DNA of 63,889 nt, the filler included, from Klebsormidium nitens (taxonomy: Eukaryota > Plantae > Klebsormidiophyceae): assembly GCA_000708835.1 (NCBI GenBank). It is 6 parts of 6 records of this genome, joined end to end, with 100 filler letters (N's around TTAATTAATTAA, not from the genome) between each part and the next. Parts side by side here need not be neighbours in the genome. Positions count along the whole stretch, not along the records: positions 1 to 6,927 come from DF238324.1; positions 7,028 to 35,874 come from DF237797.1; 4 more parts are not named here. The stretch is one strand, 5' to 3'. Below, one piece after another: positions 1 through 11,329 of this stretch (position 1 is the first letter of the stretch; each line of letters opens with the position of its first letter). Position numbers and translations under genes: made by a program. The notes beneath the pieces were generated by a model. The model searched no databases. It worked only from the letters and a program-made list of their open reading frames with translations, and was not told the origin of the DNA.

Positions 1-852
1 CGGCGGAGCGGCATCGGCAGAGGTTTTCGACGCTGCAACTACTTATTCCGATGAGGAACTGTTCAGGTGGTTTGTGCATATTCGATAAGCTGTTCGGGCA
101 TTCTAGGCAGCGATTCGGGCTGCAACTTATCGATATCGAAGAAAATTCTTAGCCCTTTTGAGGGCACGGCCGCCTTTCGCGAGAGTGGGTCGGAAGTGAT
201 TACGTGGCACCCGATGAGTGTGGCAGCATCCCGCCTTCTTCGGTAAGACGGCAACATTGAACAGAGTACAGTCCTACAGAGTCTGACTGGGTCGCATGAC
301 CACAACAAAACAGTACGAGGCGAAAGTTAACAACGGTACAACAAGACTGTACTGGTACACGGTAGTGGAATACTGGGGACCTTTATCCTCCGTAGACGAC
401 GTACAAGGCCGTTAGCGAGCTTATCAGATCCTGTGCATATTGAATGTGCAGACAAGGTATATAGTAGCTCGGCATGGTCCCCGCAAATCAGGCAGGATTC
501 ATGTAACGGTACTTAGACGACAAGTACGAAACGTGATGGTCTACGGCGCGCACATGATAAACAATTGGGAGAGGGCCGTTTAGGCTGTTCCAGTGCGAGC
601 CTATTATTACTAGATAAAGTCAAAGATATCATGGCATCACCCAACATTGCGATGTCGGCGCAGGTTCCAACATGATGCGAAAGAAAACCCATGGCGGCTT
701 GCTCGTAATACGAGCCAATATTTGTTGGAGAAAACTTGAGATTCATCAGGATCACAATCAGTTCTATTAGCGCTTCACAAGCGATTTGTTCAGAACCAGT
801 CCAACTTTCGACGGCTATTGTCAGGAACCTAATAAATAGCAAATAAGTCTGA

Positions 853-3800
853 CTACTCTCGTTTCCTTTTATGCGTGTTCTTCTTGCTATACGGACAATT
901 ATGCTCGGCTCCTCGCATTATTCCAAGCTTCCCATCAGGATCACACTTCCTACATTTCTTTCCGACCCCCTTACCGCCTTGGTTGCCAGCCTTTTGTCGG
1001 GAGCTCTCCACCCCCGATGGTCGATAAACAAGAGGACCATGGTATCCCGGCTGAGCCTCCGAGACTTCCGGCACAATATCTGGTGGATCAACCTGTTGCA
1101 ATGGGCTTGCTTCAAAAGTGCTTTGCTCGACACCTAACCCGCGACCCAACGTCTGAGGAGGAGAAAGAGAGCTTGGAGGGGTTATGCTAGCAGAGTCAAT
1201 TACGGACCTCAAGGCTATGCTTGTGTTATCCGACTCCCTTGAAAGCAACGAGCGTACTAGCTGGCGCTCATAACGGGTAATGTCTCGGTAGTCCTTGAAG
1301 TAAAGGTCGCTCTCTATGGCTTGTTGATGACCACTTTGCGAAAGTCCCCAGATTTGCCGTGCAACCACCGAATTGAATTCCATCAAAAGGGCTCGGTAAT
1401 TCGTCCCACTTTTGGTTGCATGCTTGAGGTAGAGTTCCAAGAAGAGGGTGTGCTCGCTTGCGGTCGTGATAGGTCGCTTGAAGTGGACGAGGTTGAAGTT
1501 ATGCAACGCAGGCAACGTCCGCAACTTGCTTTTCCGGCTAGGTGGCGCATTGAAGTGATGCGCAAATGCACTATCCGAACCGCCAGGTGGCTCACTCCCC
1601 ACCTCAGTAGAAAAGCCGCCGTGACGACTGCCCGCATCCCCTAATGCCGCGGCGCTCAGCTGCGAAGTCCGCCTCTCCCCGGCGAGTGAAGTTGCTGGCG
1701 GACGCACGCTTTGCCCGCCAGCGTGCTCTGAGAAACCGGCGCTGAAGGGCAGCACGGTTCTCTTTCCCCCCGCGAGGACGGCGCCGCTGCCAAAGGCAGC
1801 GCGCAGCGGAACCAGGGCGGGCTGGCTGCGTGCGCCCGGGCCACGAGGTGCAGCCGGCGGCAGCGCAACTGTGGGCCTGTTCAAGTTGCACGGTGCACCC
1901 CGGGATACAAAGGGCGCTTGCGAGACAGGTTGGCTGCGAGCCCCCCCACCAAGAACAGCAGGCGGTCGTGAGACAGCCGGCTGAATGCATGCGCCCCGGC
2001 AGGGAACGGCAGGCTGCGGCGCGTCAGCGAGGTGCCTGATTGCACCTCCACCGTGGACAGCGTGCGGCTGCGAGACGGCCGTCTGCTGCAGCGCGCCGCC
2101 AACTAAGCTTGGAGGAACAAATGGCTGGTGGGCCGCGCCGCCCCTCGAAACTGGCAGAGGCGACGGAGAGACGACCGGCTGGTGTGGGAAGAGGACCGGC
2201 TGGCGGTGCGCGCCGCCCGTTGGGACTGGGAGCGACGGGGAGACGACCGGCTGGCGGTGCGCGCCACCCGTTGGGACTGGGGGCGACGGGGAGAGGACCG
2301 GCTGGCGGTGCGCGCCGCCCGTTTGGATTGGGGGCGACGGGGAGACGACCGGCTGGTCGTGCGCGTCGCCCATTGGGACTGGGGACGACGGGGAGACGAC
2401 CGGCTGGCGGTGCGCGCCGCCCGTTGGGACTGGGGCGGACGGAGAGACGACCGGCTGGTCGTGCGCGCCCTCCTCCGGGACTGTGGGCAAAGGGGAGGGG
2501 ACCGGCTGGGCTTGCGCGCCCCTGACGGCTGGCTGGTCGGGGGGTTCACACCCCCCGGAAACAGGGGCAACTTGCGGGTGTGCAGCGCCCAGGCTGTACT
2601 CTAGCTCGAGAGCAGCATCAAAGTCCGGACCTGCAAGGAAAAAGAGGTTCATCAGTTGTTTGTTCAAGTAGCACGAAGAGAACTCAGATCAATCGGATCC
2701 TTGAGCAAGAAACGAGATAGAGAAGCACCCCCTCAAATACCTGTGAGAAAATGCCTTGCGCGCATTTGTTTCTTGCCTCAATGTTCACTTCCGTTTCAGT
2801 GGAAGCCTTAAGCATAAGGATTCTTGTAGTTGTGATCAGGCTGGATCCTCATGAAGGAACAACCAAACCTTTCAGGCAACGTCCACAATCTGTGATAAGC
2901 CCGCAAGAAACTGCGGTCACAAGTGTCACTTCGTCGATGCACCATGTGATGTATTCCGACTCACAGAAAAGCTTACCACTGTCGGAGGCATCCAGGTACG
3001 CGACCTCCGGGAACTGAGTTGGAGCAAACTCCCCCTCCTGAAAAGCAGCCGCAGCTTCTCGGAACCCAGCAGGGGTGCACTGGATGCCGAAAGTTTCAGC
3101 GGTCTCCTTCATGGTGAACTGCACGTCCCTGTACGCCGGCGCCAAACCAAGAGCTTCCATTTGCTCCCCAATCCGGTACAATATCTCGAGGTCGAAGGCG
3201 GGGCCGTGGTCGGGTTCACCGCGGTTCGCTTGCCTCATCCGGATGTTCCACCCCGTCAGCCACGTGGAAGCGACCGCCCACGCAAGCTCCGCGCTGATGT
3301 TGTAGTTCTTCAGGATAGCCTGGAAATGCACGTGGAAGCCCTCCAGTCTTGAGCCCACCCGTTTGCAGGCATACTGGGGGCGGGCGTTTGCGCCGCACGT
3401 AGGCTTGGAGTAGTACATCTCCATGTTCGGCGGATCTGCAACGAGTGGGGATTGATATCAGGGCTCTGCAAAGATTCTATGTTATAGAGAAAGGCAAGGA
3501 AAAAGAAACCTTGAAGGTTGGCGACTCCCTTCATGACCACCTGTCCAGGTATGACGCTAACCCCAAGGCAGATTCGACGCTAACCTCAAGGCAGATTCGA
3601 CGTTGACCTCAGAAGTGCTGGCTGCACTTGCCTGCTCATTTGCGCTTTTGATACATGTGACCGGAATGCCCTTTGTGCCGCCTGTGGACGTCAACTCAAA
3701 CAGAATGACTCACTCAATCTTGGAAGCTCCGGACTTACAAGTGAACCTTCAGAAAGTGTGATTGCTCAAGCCAGAAAACAACCTGAGAATTCGAGCAACC

Positions 3801-6631
3801 TGAACTACGCCGAGTTTCGAACACTTTGATTAAGCCAGAGAATGAAGTTATAGTAACCCACCGCTCAGCAAACCAAGCCGCGCTTGGTGTAGAAGACCTT
3901 GAAAGGCTCGTTGCGCATGAGGCCCAAGGAGGGGCTCGGTAGTCAGTGGGTTGGCCTTGCAGGACGCCTCATCTCCAACAGCCTGCAAACCAATCAGACC
4001 GAGGTGAGAACCAGCGTTCACATCAAGGTAACTCAGTTGACGAGCGCAAGCCAGCTCACCCCATTAACCCAGCTATAAGCAAAACCTAAAAAGCAGCCTG
4101 GTATTTCTCAATGTCTGCACAATGTGTCTGACCAGCTCGCCATGACAACCCACACTGTAAATGGTGGTTCACATCCCCAATCTTGTATGACGTCAAGATG
4201 ATGCAGTTCAGCCAAAAACTTTTGCCTCTTGCCACTCGTCAGCTGAAAGTTTTTTGAGCGCACTGCAATGAAGAAAGTGCCTCACAAGTGACAAAACATT
4301 ACCTCAAGCCGCGCAAGCAATATCTCAGGAGGTGGTACCGCCTTGCGGCATCTTCTCAGTGCATTCTTCCCGGCCTTGTCCGAAAGCGTCTTCCCCTTCT
4401 GCTCAAGTTCCTTCATGATCCCCACCAGGTCTGCCTGGTTTTTGACGAAGATGGCCTCGCTCAGCTTGCTTTGTAACCAACCTGCTCAGCAACAAGACAA
4501 AGAGTGAATGATCTCCAGAATTGTATTTTACAACACCAGATGCTTGTGGCAACAGCAGATTGCCTGGCAGTATAAGAGTGCGTCTCCATGCTACAAAAGC
4601 AGCAAATTGAGCAAAGACACTCAGCTTGCACTCTTAAGAGCATGACAGGGCCTATAACACTTTTGTGACATCACTACACTTGGAGACCTGTCTACAGACT
4701 TTGGTTACGCCAAAAAGTGACCGAGCTCACAGAATTGCCTCAGACCAATTAGTCATGTTCAACCATTGCAGACAGATTCACAGAACACATTACAAGATCA
4801 ATCAGAAATGGCACATCAGGATGTTGACAGTACCTCGAAATGGGTGATCTTCCGGAACGTGCTTGGTCACTCGCATGATGGCGTGCAGGATGTCCATCAG
4901 GTACGCCTCCAGACCGGGCCAGACGTCCATGAAAAAGGGGCCCATCACCTCCGGCCAATCGCAGAAGAGCACCCGAGGCTGCAAGGAACACACACCCACT
5001 TTGCATCAGGGCACAACCCTCGAGGTCGCGGCATACTGGAACCGTTCAAAATGCTAATCTTATCCTTGCTAAATGCTCAAAGCTTCCAGTGGGCACATCA
5101 GTCCAAATGAGAGCGTGCAAGCGTTATGTTAGAACTTACTTGATTAGCGGTGTGCATCCAGGCCACGATCGCAGAACAGAGGAACTTTCTGAAGTGCAGC
5201 CAGCAGAAGAAGCTCACCGCGCGACCAAGCGATGCCATCCTCTCGTAGACTTGACGTAGATTGCCTCTGACCACCTCCAAGGACGTGCTGTGCGTCCAGA
5301 GACTGGTGGCAACCTCTCCAGTCTCTGTCATCATGGTGAGGGTGGCCTCCAGAACGCGCTGCCCCTCCACCCCCCTGAAGAAAGAAAGTGCTTTCTAACA
5401 CACTTGAATCGGACATTGAATGCAGATATGCAGACTGCAAGAAATGTCATACGCTGTGCTTTCACACCAACTTCCGCAATTTGACAGTCTTGATTGCATG
5501 TTCTCATGGACAAAACGAACAACTGATTTCATGCATCAGATTGATTGCAAGTAGCTGCTTTCTTCCAGTACAGTGCAAGGAAGCAAGGTGCTGTTCACTC
5601 CGGGCGACTTGCATTGCTGAATCAACCCACCTGACTCTTCGCATGAGCTTGTGGCAGTGGTCAACTCCAACACACTCGCCATTGACAAGCGCCATTTGCC
5701 TGTTGTAGGTGGGCATGTTTGCAGCAGCTTGCTGAAGAAAGATGGACGACAGGAGCGCTGGCCCAGCGACCCAATCTGGTACCCGCTTCCCCATTGCCCA
5801 CGTCTGCACCGGCTGCTCGACCCCGCTCGAGGCAACCCGCTCTCCCGTGCTGCTGAAGAACCTCCCAATGCCGGTCTGACGCTTCGCTTCTTCTTCAGTG
5901 CGCTTCGTCTTCAACTCGTCTTGATATTGATAATATACAAGCTCTCTTCGCTTCTCCGCCAGCACGTGCAGCTCTTGTACAAGGCGTGCAATGCGAGGAA
6001 AACCAATCGCTTCTGGAGCCAGAAAGTGGATGAGATCCTGTAGAGAGCGCTCCACCGGCACGCCAGTTTCTGTGAAGCTTATGGGCAGCTGGTCCATGAT
6101 AAATGGACGCAACTGATTGCGTATCTCTGCGCTGTGTGCTAGATATAGGGTGCTGCCATAGCCCCCCTTGCCGTCGGGCTTTGCATGGCAGTCTTTGCAA
6201 CGGTAGTCCTGTGAGAGGAGGAACAAAGGTCGGTGAAGGCCCAAAGCCCTGACCAGCTTAGAGTACCAGCCGTTGCGTACCACAGTAGCCCTGCCACAGC
6301 CGCGGACACAGATGAACTTCTCAGGCACAAAACCCTTGAAGAACTTCTGCCAGGAAAGGACAATGACTGTGCAGCCCCAAGCTTTGAAAGGCTCAACCCG
6401 AGGTGCACTGAAAGGGTTTGCAGACGAATGTCCTGGCTTTTCAGACTTTGCAGAGATTGTTGGATTGGGTGCTTCAAAGATGAAGCTCTCACAAGTATCT
6501 TTGCCTCCAACCTTCAGCTTAACAGATTGTATGAAGGGCTCCAAAGACGTTCCACTGTATGCAATCTCAACAACTTCAGCAGCTGCATGTCCTGCGACGT
6601 CCTCCATTCTTTCTGCCACCAACTTTGCCAC
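853..6631 (-). mobile_element. Multi-exon KDZ-superfamily transposase gene (Zisupton/Dileera-like), probably degenerate; 5' end runs toward the gap at ~6928
   Basis: Minus-strand ORF pieces line up in the order of a Zisupton-like transposase: Cys-rich 'CVRGC..GWYSKLVRALGL..YRCKDC..LPISFT..ELH' and 'GVDHCHK' (5504-6631); 'TETGEVATSLWT' (5098-5370); 'VLFCDW..MDILHAIMRV' (4802-4999); 'LSEAIF..RRCRKAVPPPE' (~4300-4470); 'YACKRVGSRLEGFH..WN' (2849-3424); C-terminal exon starting at AG acceptor 2631-2632 and ending 'CRKC..HNCPY'. Exact exon boundaries not all resolved. Confidence 0.72.
2191..2525. repeat. 51-bp coding minisatellite, ~7 units, in the transposase C-terminal exon
   Basis: Units start at 2191, 2242, 2293, 2344, 2395, 2446, 2497 (gacgaccggctggcggtgcgcgcc...); they encode the 17-aa unit GGAHRQPVVSPSxPVPT on the minus strand. 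Confidence 0.9.
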
Positions 6632-6927
6632 AGGAAAACCTAGGGGGCACCTCTGAGCTTCATTGCCAGCAACTCTCTAAAACAAATCACCTTGGTAGCC
6701 TAAAAGGTAGCAACCCCAATGGCGCCAGACTCCTGAGAGAGGGTGAGAGGGCACTTGCAAGAAAAGGTTCAGTCTTGCAAGACTGGACTCCGACTGATCG
6801 CTGTGATTCAAATAGACCCGTCGATGAAAATTGCAAGTTCTTTTGATCGTGAGATCTGCCACCTTGGCGGCAAAGGTGGGCTCATCTTGAGAAGTTTCTG
6901 ACCCGTCCGATCACCAGCGGCCTTTCC

Positions 6928-7027
6928 NNNNNNNNNNNNNNNNNNNNNNNNNNNNNNNNNNNNNNNNNNNNTTAATTAATTAANNNNNNNNNNNNNNNNN
7001 NNNNNNNNNNNNNNNNNNNNNNNNNNN
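6928..7027. other. Assembly gap with artificial TTAATTAATTAA spacer (others at ~21665-22108, 35875-35974, 42891-42990, 50178-50197, 51524-51623, 62408-62507)
   Basis: N runs; the identical six-frame-stop 12-mer sits in the middle of the 100-bp gaps. Confidence 0.95.
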
Positions 7028-7028
7028 G

Positions 7029-7067
7029 GCGCGCAGCCGGGAGTCGGTGCGCAGTCGTGCCGTTACA
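7029..7067 (-). mobile_element. LTR-like terminus (TGTAACGGCACGACTGCG...) inserted at the start of the last RNR exon
   Basis: Follows a candidate acceptor (tttcatgcAG, 7069-7070) where G-MYYLR is expected; the same 18-mer occurs at 26796 and 35824; continues into a gap. Confidence 0.5.
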
Positions 7068-9805
7068 CCTGCATGAAAGAGGAGAGTTAAGTCTCGCATC
7101 ATGACAAGAAGGGTTGCTGGCGTGCGAGATTTAAGCATAGAAAGCGGTGCGGTAGGGCATGGCCCCACGCCCTGAGAGCCCGGGAGGAAAGGCACGTACC
7201 TGTCTTGAGCCCGAGCTTGTGCGCGTGCACGAGAGCCGAGGAGAGCCCCGCTGGTGTCGGGCGCGCCATGAAGAGATTCATGGACTGAGAATGGTCGACG
7301 AAGAGCCCCCTGTCAGCTGCCATGTCGATCACCACCTTCTGCTCGATCTCCCAGACCGTCTTGTACAGCTCCTTGAGGTCGTCCGGCACCTCCTCCAGGT
7401 CCTTTACAGAGCCCCTGTTGGCCATGATCTTGTCCTTAAGCGCCTCGCTCCACAGCCCGCGCTCGAGGAGGTCATCGAGTAGATGGCTATTGACCACCAC
7501 GAACTCGCCTGCCAAGGTCCGGCGCACGTACAGGTTGCTGCTGATGGGCTCAGCTGCCTCCACGTTGCCTAGGATCTGCCCCGTTGAGGCGGTTGGTATC
7601 ACGCTCGTGAGGAGGCTGTTGCGCATCCCGGACTTGACGATCCGCGCCTTCAAGGCCTCCCAGTCATAGCCGATCGGGGGAGGCTTCAAATCACCAGAGG
7701 TCAAACTGAAGGAGGCCTTCAGAGGACGGGGAGCCCTTGAAGGAAGAGTAGGGGCCGAACTCCTCTGCAAGATCGACCGAGGCCTCCACTGCTGCGTAGT
7801 AGATGCTCTGGAAGATGGCCCTGTTCAGAACCCTTGCTTCAGGGCTCGACAAGGGAAGCCTCAGCATCATGAAGACGTCAGCCAGGCCCTGCACCCCCAG
7901 ACCCAAGGGGCGGTGCAGCTTGTTGGAGTGGGCAGCCTCTGGGATCGGGTAGAAGGTCTTGTCGATCGATAGATCCAGATTTTTGATGACGACCTTGGTA
8001 ACCTCCCGCAGCTTGGCCATGTCAAAGAAGACCTTGCCATCCTTGGTGACCGTCACAAACTGAGGCAGGGCCAGCGAAGCCAGCGAGCACACGGCAATTT
8101 CCTCGTTCGACGTATATTCAGTGACCTCTGCAGAGAGGGATGGACACTTTGTTAGAGCTGGCCCTGGTTGCTGCCAACCTCACAATAGCCCTCACCGTTG
8201 CTTCATGCTGCTACTTTGCTATCCGTGAAAAGGCACAAAAAGCGCTCCAAAGCCCCGACCTAATGAGCGCAAAGCTTGCTTGCATGCAGGAAGCCCTTAC
8301 CCGCACAGAGGTTTGAGCTCTTAATAGTGCCCAGGTGGCGCTGGTTGGACTTTCTGTTGACGGCGTCCTTGAAGAGGACGTACGGGGTCCCTCCCTCCAC
8401 CTGCGCCGTCAGCATGGCGCTCCAGACAGCCTTGGCCCGCACCACCCTGCTGGCGAGCCCCGGGGTTGCCTCATAAGAGGCGTACAACTTTTCAAACTGT
8501 GCTCCATAGCAGTCGGGGAGGCCGGGGGCCTTGTTGGGGTCGAACAGGGACCACATGCCGTCCTCCTCCACCCGCTTGATGAACAGATCCGGCACCCAGA
8601 GGGCGGTGAAGAGGTCTCTGCACCTCATCTCCTCTTTGCCGCTGTTCTTGCGCAGCTCGAGGAAGTCGAAGATATCAGCGTGCCACGGCTCCAGGTAGAT
8701 TGTGATGGAGCCCTTCCGCTTCCCCCCCTGCACCACAGCTCAAGATTCTTGAGACCTGCAGACGTTATAAATAAAGCCTGCCCTTGGGGAACCTTGCTCT
8801 GGATGCGACTCTAAAGAAAATTGTCTATAGAGAGTTTATTACAGAAACATGGGATTTCTTTCCATTTCATAACCTCACCTGGTTGACGTATCGTGCCAGG
8901 GAATTGAAGTTTTGCAGCATGGGAACGATCCCCGTAGAATCGCCCCCGGTGCCTTCAATGGGGGACCCGTCGGAGCGGATGGAGTGGATGTGCACGCCTA
9001 TGCCACCGCCCCACTTGGACAGAAGAGCGCACTTTTTGAGCGTTTGGTAGATCCCCTCGATCGAATCCTCTGTGCCCACGAGGAAGCAGCTGGCAAGCTG
9101 AGGCCTGCTGGTCCTGGCGTTGAAGAGCGTGGGGGACGCGTGGGTGAAGTAGCCCTCTGACAGAAGGGTGTAAGTCTCCAGCACGCGCTCCAGGTCATTT
9201 GGCCCGTGGATGAAGAGAGCTACCCGCATCCACATGTGCTGGGGCCTCTCCGCTGGCCGTCCTCCCTTGGACAACAGGTAGCCCTTGGTGAGAGTCTTTG
9301 CGGCAAAGTAGTCAATGGCGTACGACTTTGAGTGGTCCATGGCTGCCTCCAGGGTGTCGCACAGGCTGTCATCACTCATGATGCGATCGTACAGTGCCTT
9401 GTCCCACCTCTTGCCCAACAGCTTCACCGACTCCCTGAGGGTGGCTGGCGTCCCCTTGTGTAAATTTGACACGATGATGCGTGCCGCGAGGACTCCATAG
9501 TCAGGGTGGATGGTCTTGAGGCTCTCTGCAATTTCAGCAGTGAGAATGTCAATCTCCTCCGTAGTGACTTGATCATAAAGCGAGTTGCTGACCCGCTGCA
9601 CCACCTTGACTGGATCTGCGTGCAGCAGAGGGGCACCGGTGACGCGAGGGGACCTGTCCTTGACGCGCTGCGAGCTCTTGAAGTAGCCATAGGCGGGCTT
9701 CTCTGCGTAGGGCTGATGCACGTTGTTGCAGAGGGCAGAGAGGCGCTGCGTGATCTTGTCAAAGGAGACGCCCTCCCGGCTGCCAGAGCGCTTTGTGACC
9801 TCCAT
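7068..9805 (-). pseudogene. RNR1: Ribonucleotide reductase class Ia large subunit with 3 spliceosomal introns, one frameshift and a disrupted last exon
   Basis: Exons 8879-9805, 8301-8727, 7200-8127. GT-AG introns 8728-8878, 8128-8300 and 7199-~7069 restore NQ|GGKRKG, NLCA|EV and LKT|G. ATP-cone (VTKRSG..FDKI), QLASCF, NLCAE, CSLAS and PTAST motifs present. 1-nt frameshift at ~7693 (CTC TGG TGA). Confidence 0.95.
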
Positions 9806-10017
9806 TGCAAAAAGTAATTGATCAAACGAGCCATCAGACCTCCTCCTAAATACTCCTCACTTGGCGGAAATTGTCGAACCCGCAAATGGGCGGGCGCCAT
9901 GGCAGATACAGGAGAGGGGGGCGCCATGGCAAAGGGATGGCGAATCCTGGCGCCCAAAAGGATAGGCACAATGAAAAGAGGCAGGATCTCGGCGCACGAG
10001 AGTCCTGCGCGGCGGGG

Positions 10018-10025
10018 TTTGGCGC
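10018..10025 (+). promoter_or_regulatory. E2F-like site (TTTGGCGC) upstream of RNR, in a cluster of GGCGCC motifs
   Basis: Matches TTTSSCGC, ~210 bp from the RNR ATG; an 8-mer can occur by chance. Confidence 0.25.
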
Positions 10026-10289
10026 CGCCCGCCACCAATTGTATGCACTTTCGACGCTATGGCACGCGCAAACCCTTAAGGCACGGGCGCCAACTCCTTG
10101 TTTTCCACGTCATCTGAGCCGCAATGGGTCAACAAGTAGACAAGAAATACCCCTACAGAGCCAGCAGCCGCCAACAGCCGCCAGAAGCCCGCAAAGGCCC
10201 CTCCGTTTGCAAACATCCTAAGTAGATGGCTGCCTCGCTTACGTGCCTTTAAAACTGAAAAATATAATGGGCACACCCCATTATACGAG

Positions 10290-11233
10290 ATGTTTCTCAT
10301 CGACCTAGAAGGACAATGCATCGAAGCCAACAAGCATAAAGTTCCCATCATTTTGGTCGGGGAGGAACGGCAGCCTTGGATTAAAGCAAACGAAGCAGCT
10401 GCTCTACTTGGTTACGTCAACTTCAGAAAGGCTGTTACGATGCACGTAAAGTCCCACAGGTTGCAGACCCATCAACAGCTTCTGGACAGGGGTGTGCCCA
10501 CGGAAAGAACCAATTAGCAAAACGTGTTGTGAGAGCCTTTTTCACAAGAGGTATTGCCACTGGTCTCGAAAGGCTTAGGGAAACGAGTCATTGAAATGTT
10601 AGACAAAATGGTCGTGACTGGTGAGAGGATCAGCAAGTGGCTTGATGATGCCCAGGTGTTCTGTGTTGTTCATCAAGGCACGGTTTACTACAAAGCAAAC
10701 GACGTTGCCAAGCTACTTGAGTATTCCAACTTTCGGAAGGCGGTCACAGTTTTCATTCCAAAGCAACTTCTCTATCTTGGAAATACGATCGGGTTCAACA
10801 AGATGAGAACAGTCGTTTCACAACAGTAGAAAGTGTCTCCCATTTGGTGCATGCATCGCGGCTCCCGTCAACCGTCGGAGTGGCCAAAGATTTGGGGCTA
10901 CCAATATCAGAGAGATATAAACAACACTTCCAAGAAATGGACACAGTGCATACAATCTTAGGAGTCTTTATACGAGAGCGCTTGATCCGCCAGCCCGAAG
11001 TAAACGGCCGTCGAGTTGACCTGTACTTTCCAGACTACAATATAGCTGTTGAATGTGACGAGTACAATCATAGATACAGAGATCAAGTTGATGAAGCAAA
11101 GCGCAGCACAATGATCAGCAACTGTCTTGGTTGTCACTGGGTTCGTTACGATCCAAACCGGGACGCATTTGATATCATCGGTGTTCTTGGCAAGATATAT
11201 GCTTTGATTTCTGGTAGTAAGATGAAGGCTTGA
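10290..11233 (+). pseudogene. Tandem Bro-N domains + PD-(D/E)xK-like nuclease (NCLDV-type), broken by stops and a frameshift
   Basis: 'PWIKANEAAALLGYVNFRKAV' and 'YYKANDVAKLLEYSNFRKAV' (Bro-N), then 'RVDLYFPDYNIAVECDEYNH..WVRYDPN'. Stops at 10515 and 10827. Confidence 0.75.
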
Positions 11234-11329
11234 ATGATGCAGCTCCAGCAGTCTATCAACCTTCACGAGGGGCAATAATAAGTTTGTCAAGGTGGCTTAG
11301 GGATAAAGATTGTGGATAAGAGAGGAGTC

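Noticed and set aside
63-842. Short minus-strand ORFs as DIRS-like RT fragments
   Set aside because: Only vague resemblance; no (Y/F)xDD or other diagnostic motif.
2191-2525. Regular repeats here (and at 30339-30800, 63529-63889) as CRISPR arrays
   Set aside because: Contiguous tandem units without unique spacers, mostly protein-coding, no cas genes, eukaryotic context.
853-2667. Long Pro-rich ORF with terminal Cys/His knuckle as a retrotransposon gag
   Set aside because: It starts at a splice acceptor and continues the upstream KDZ transposase exons; no convincing pol follows.
6972-6983. TTAATTAATTAA palindrome recurring through the window
   Set aside because: Always embedded in N runs; a scaffolding spacer, not biology.
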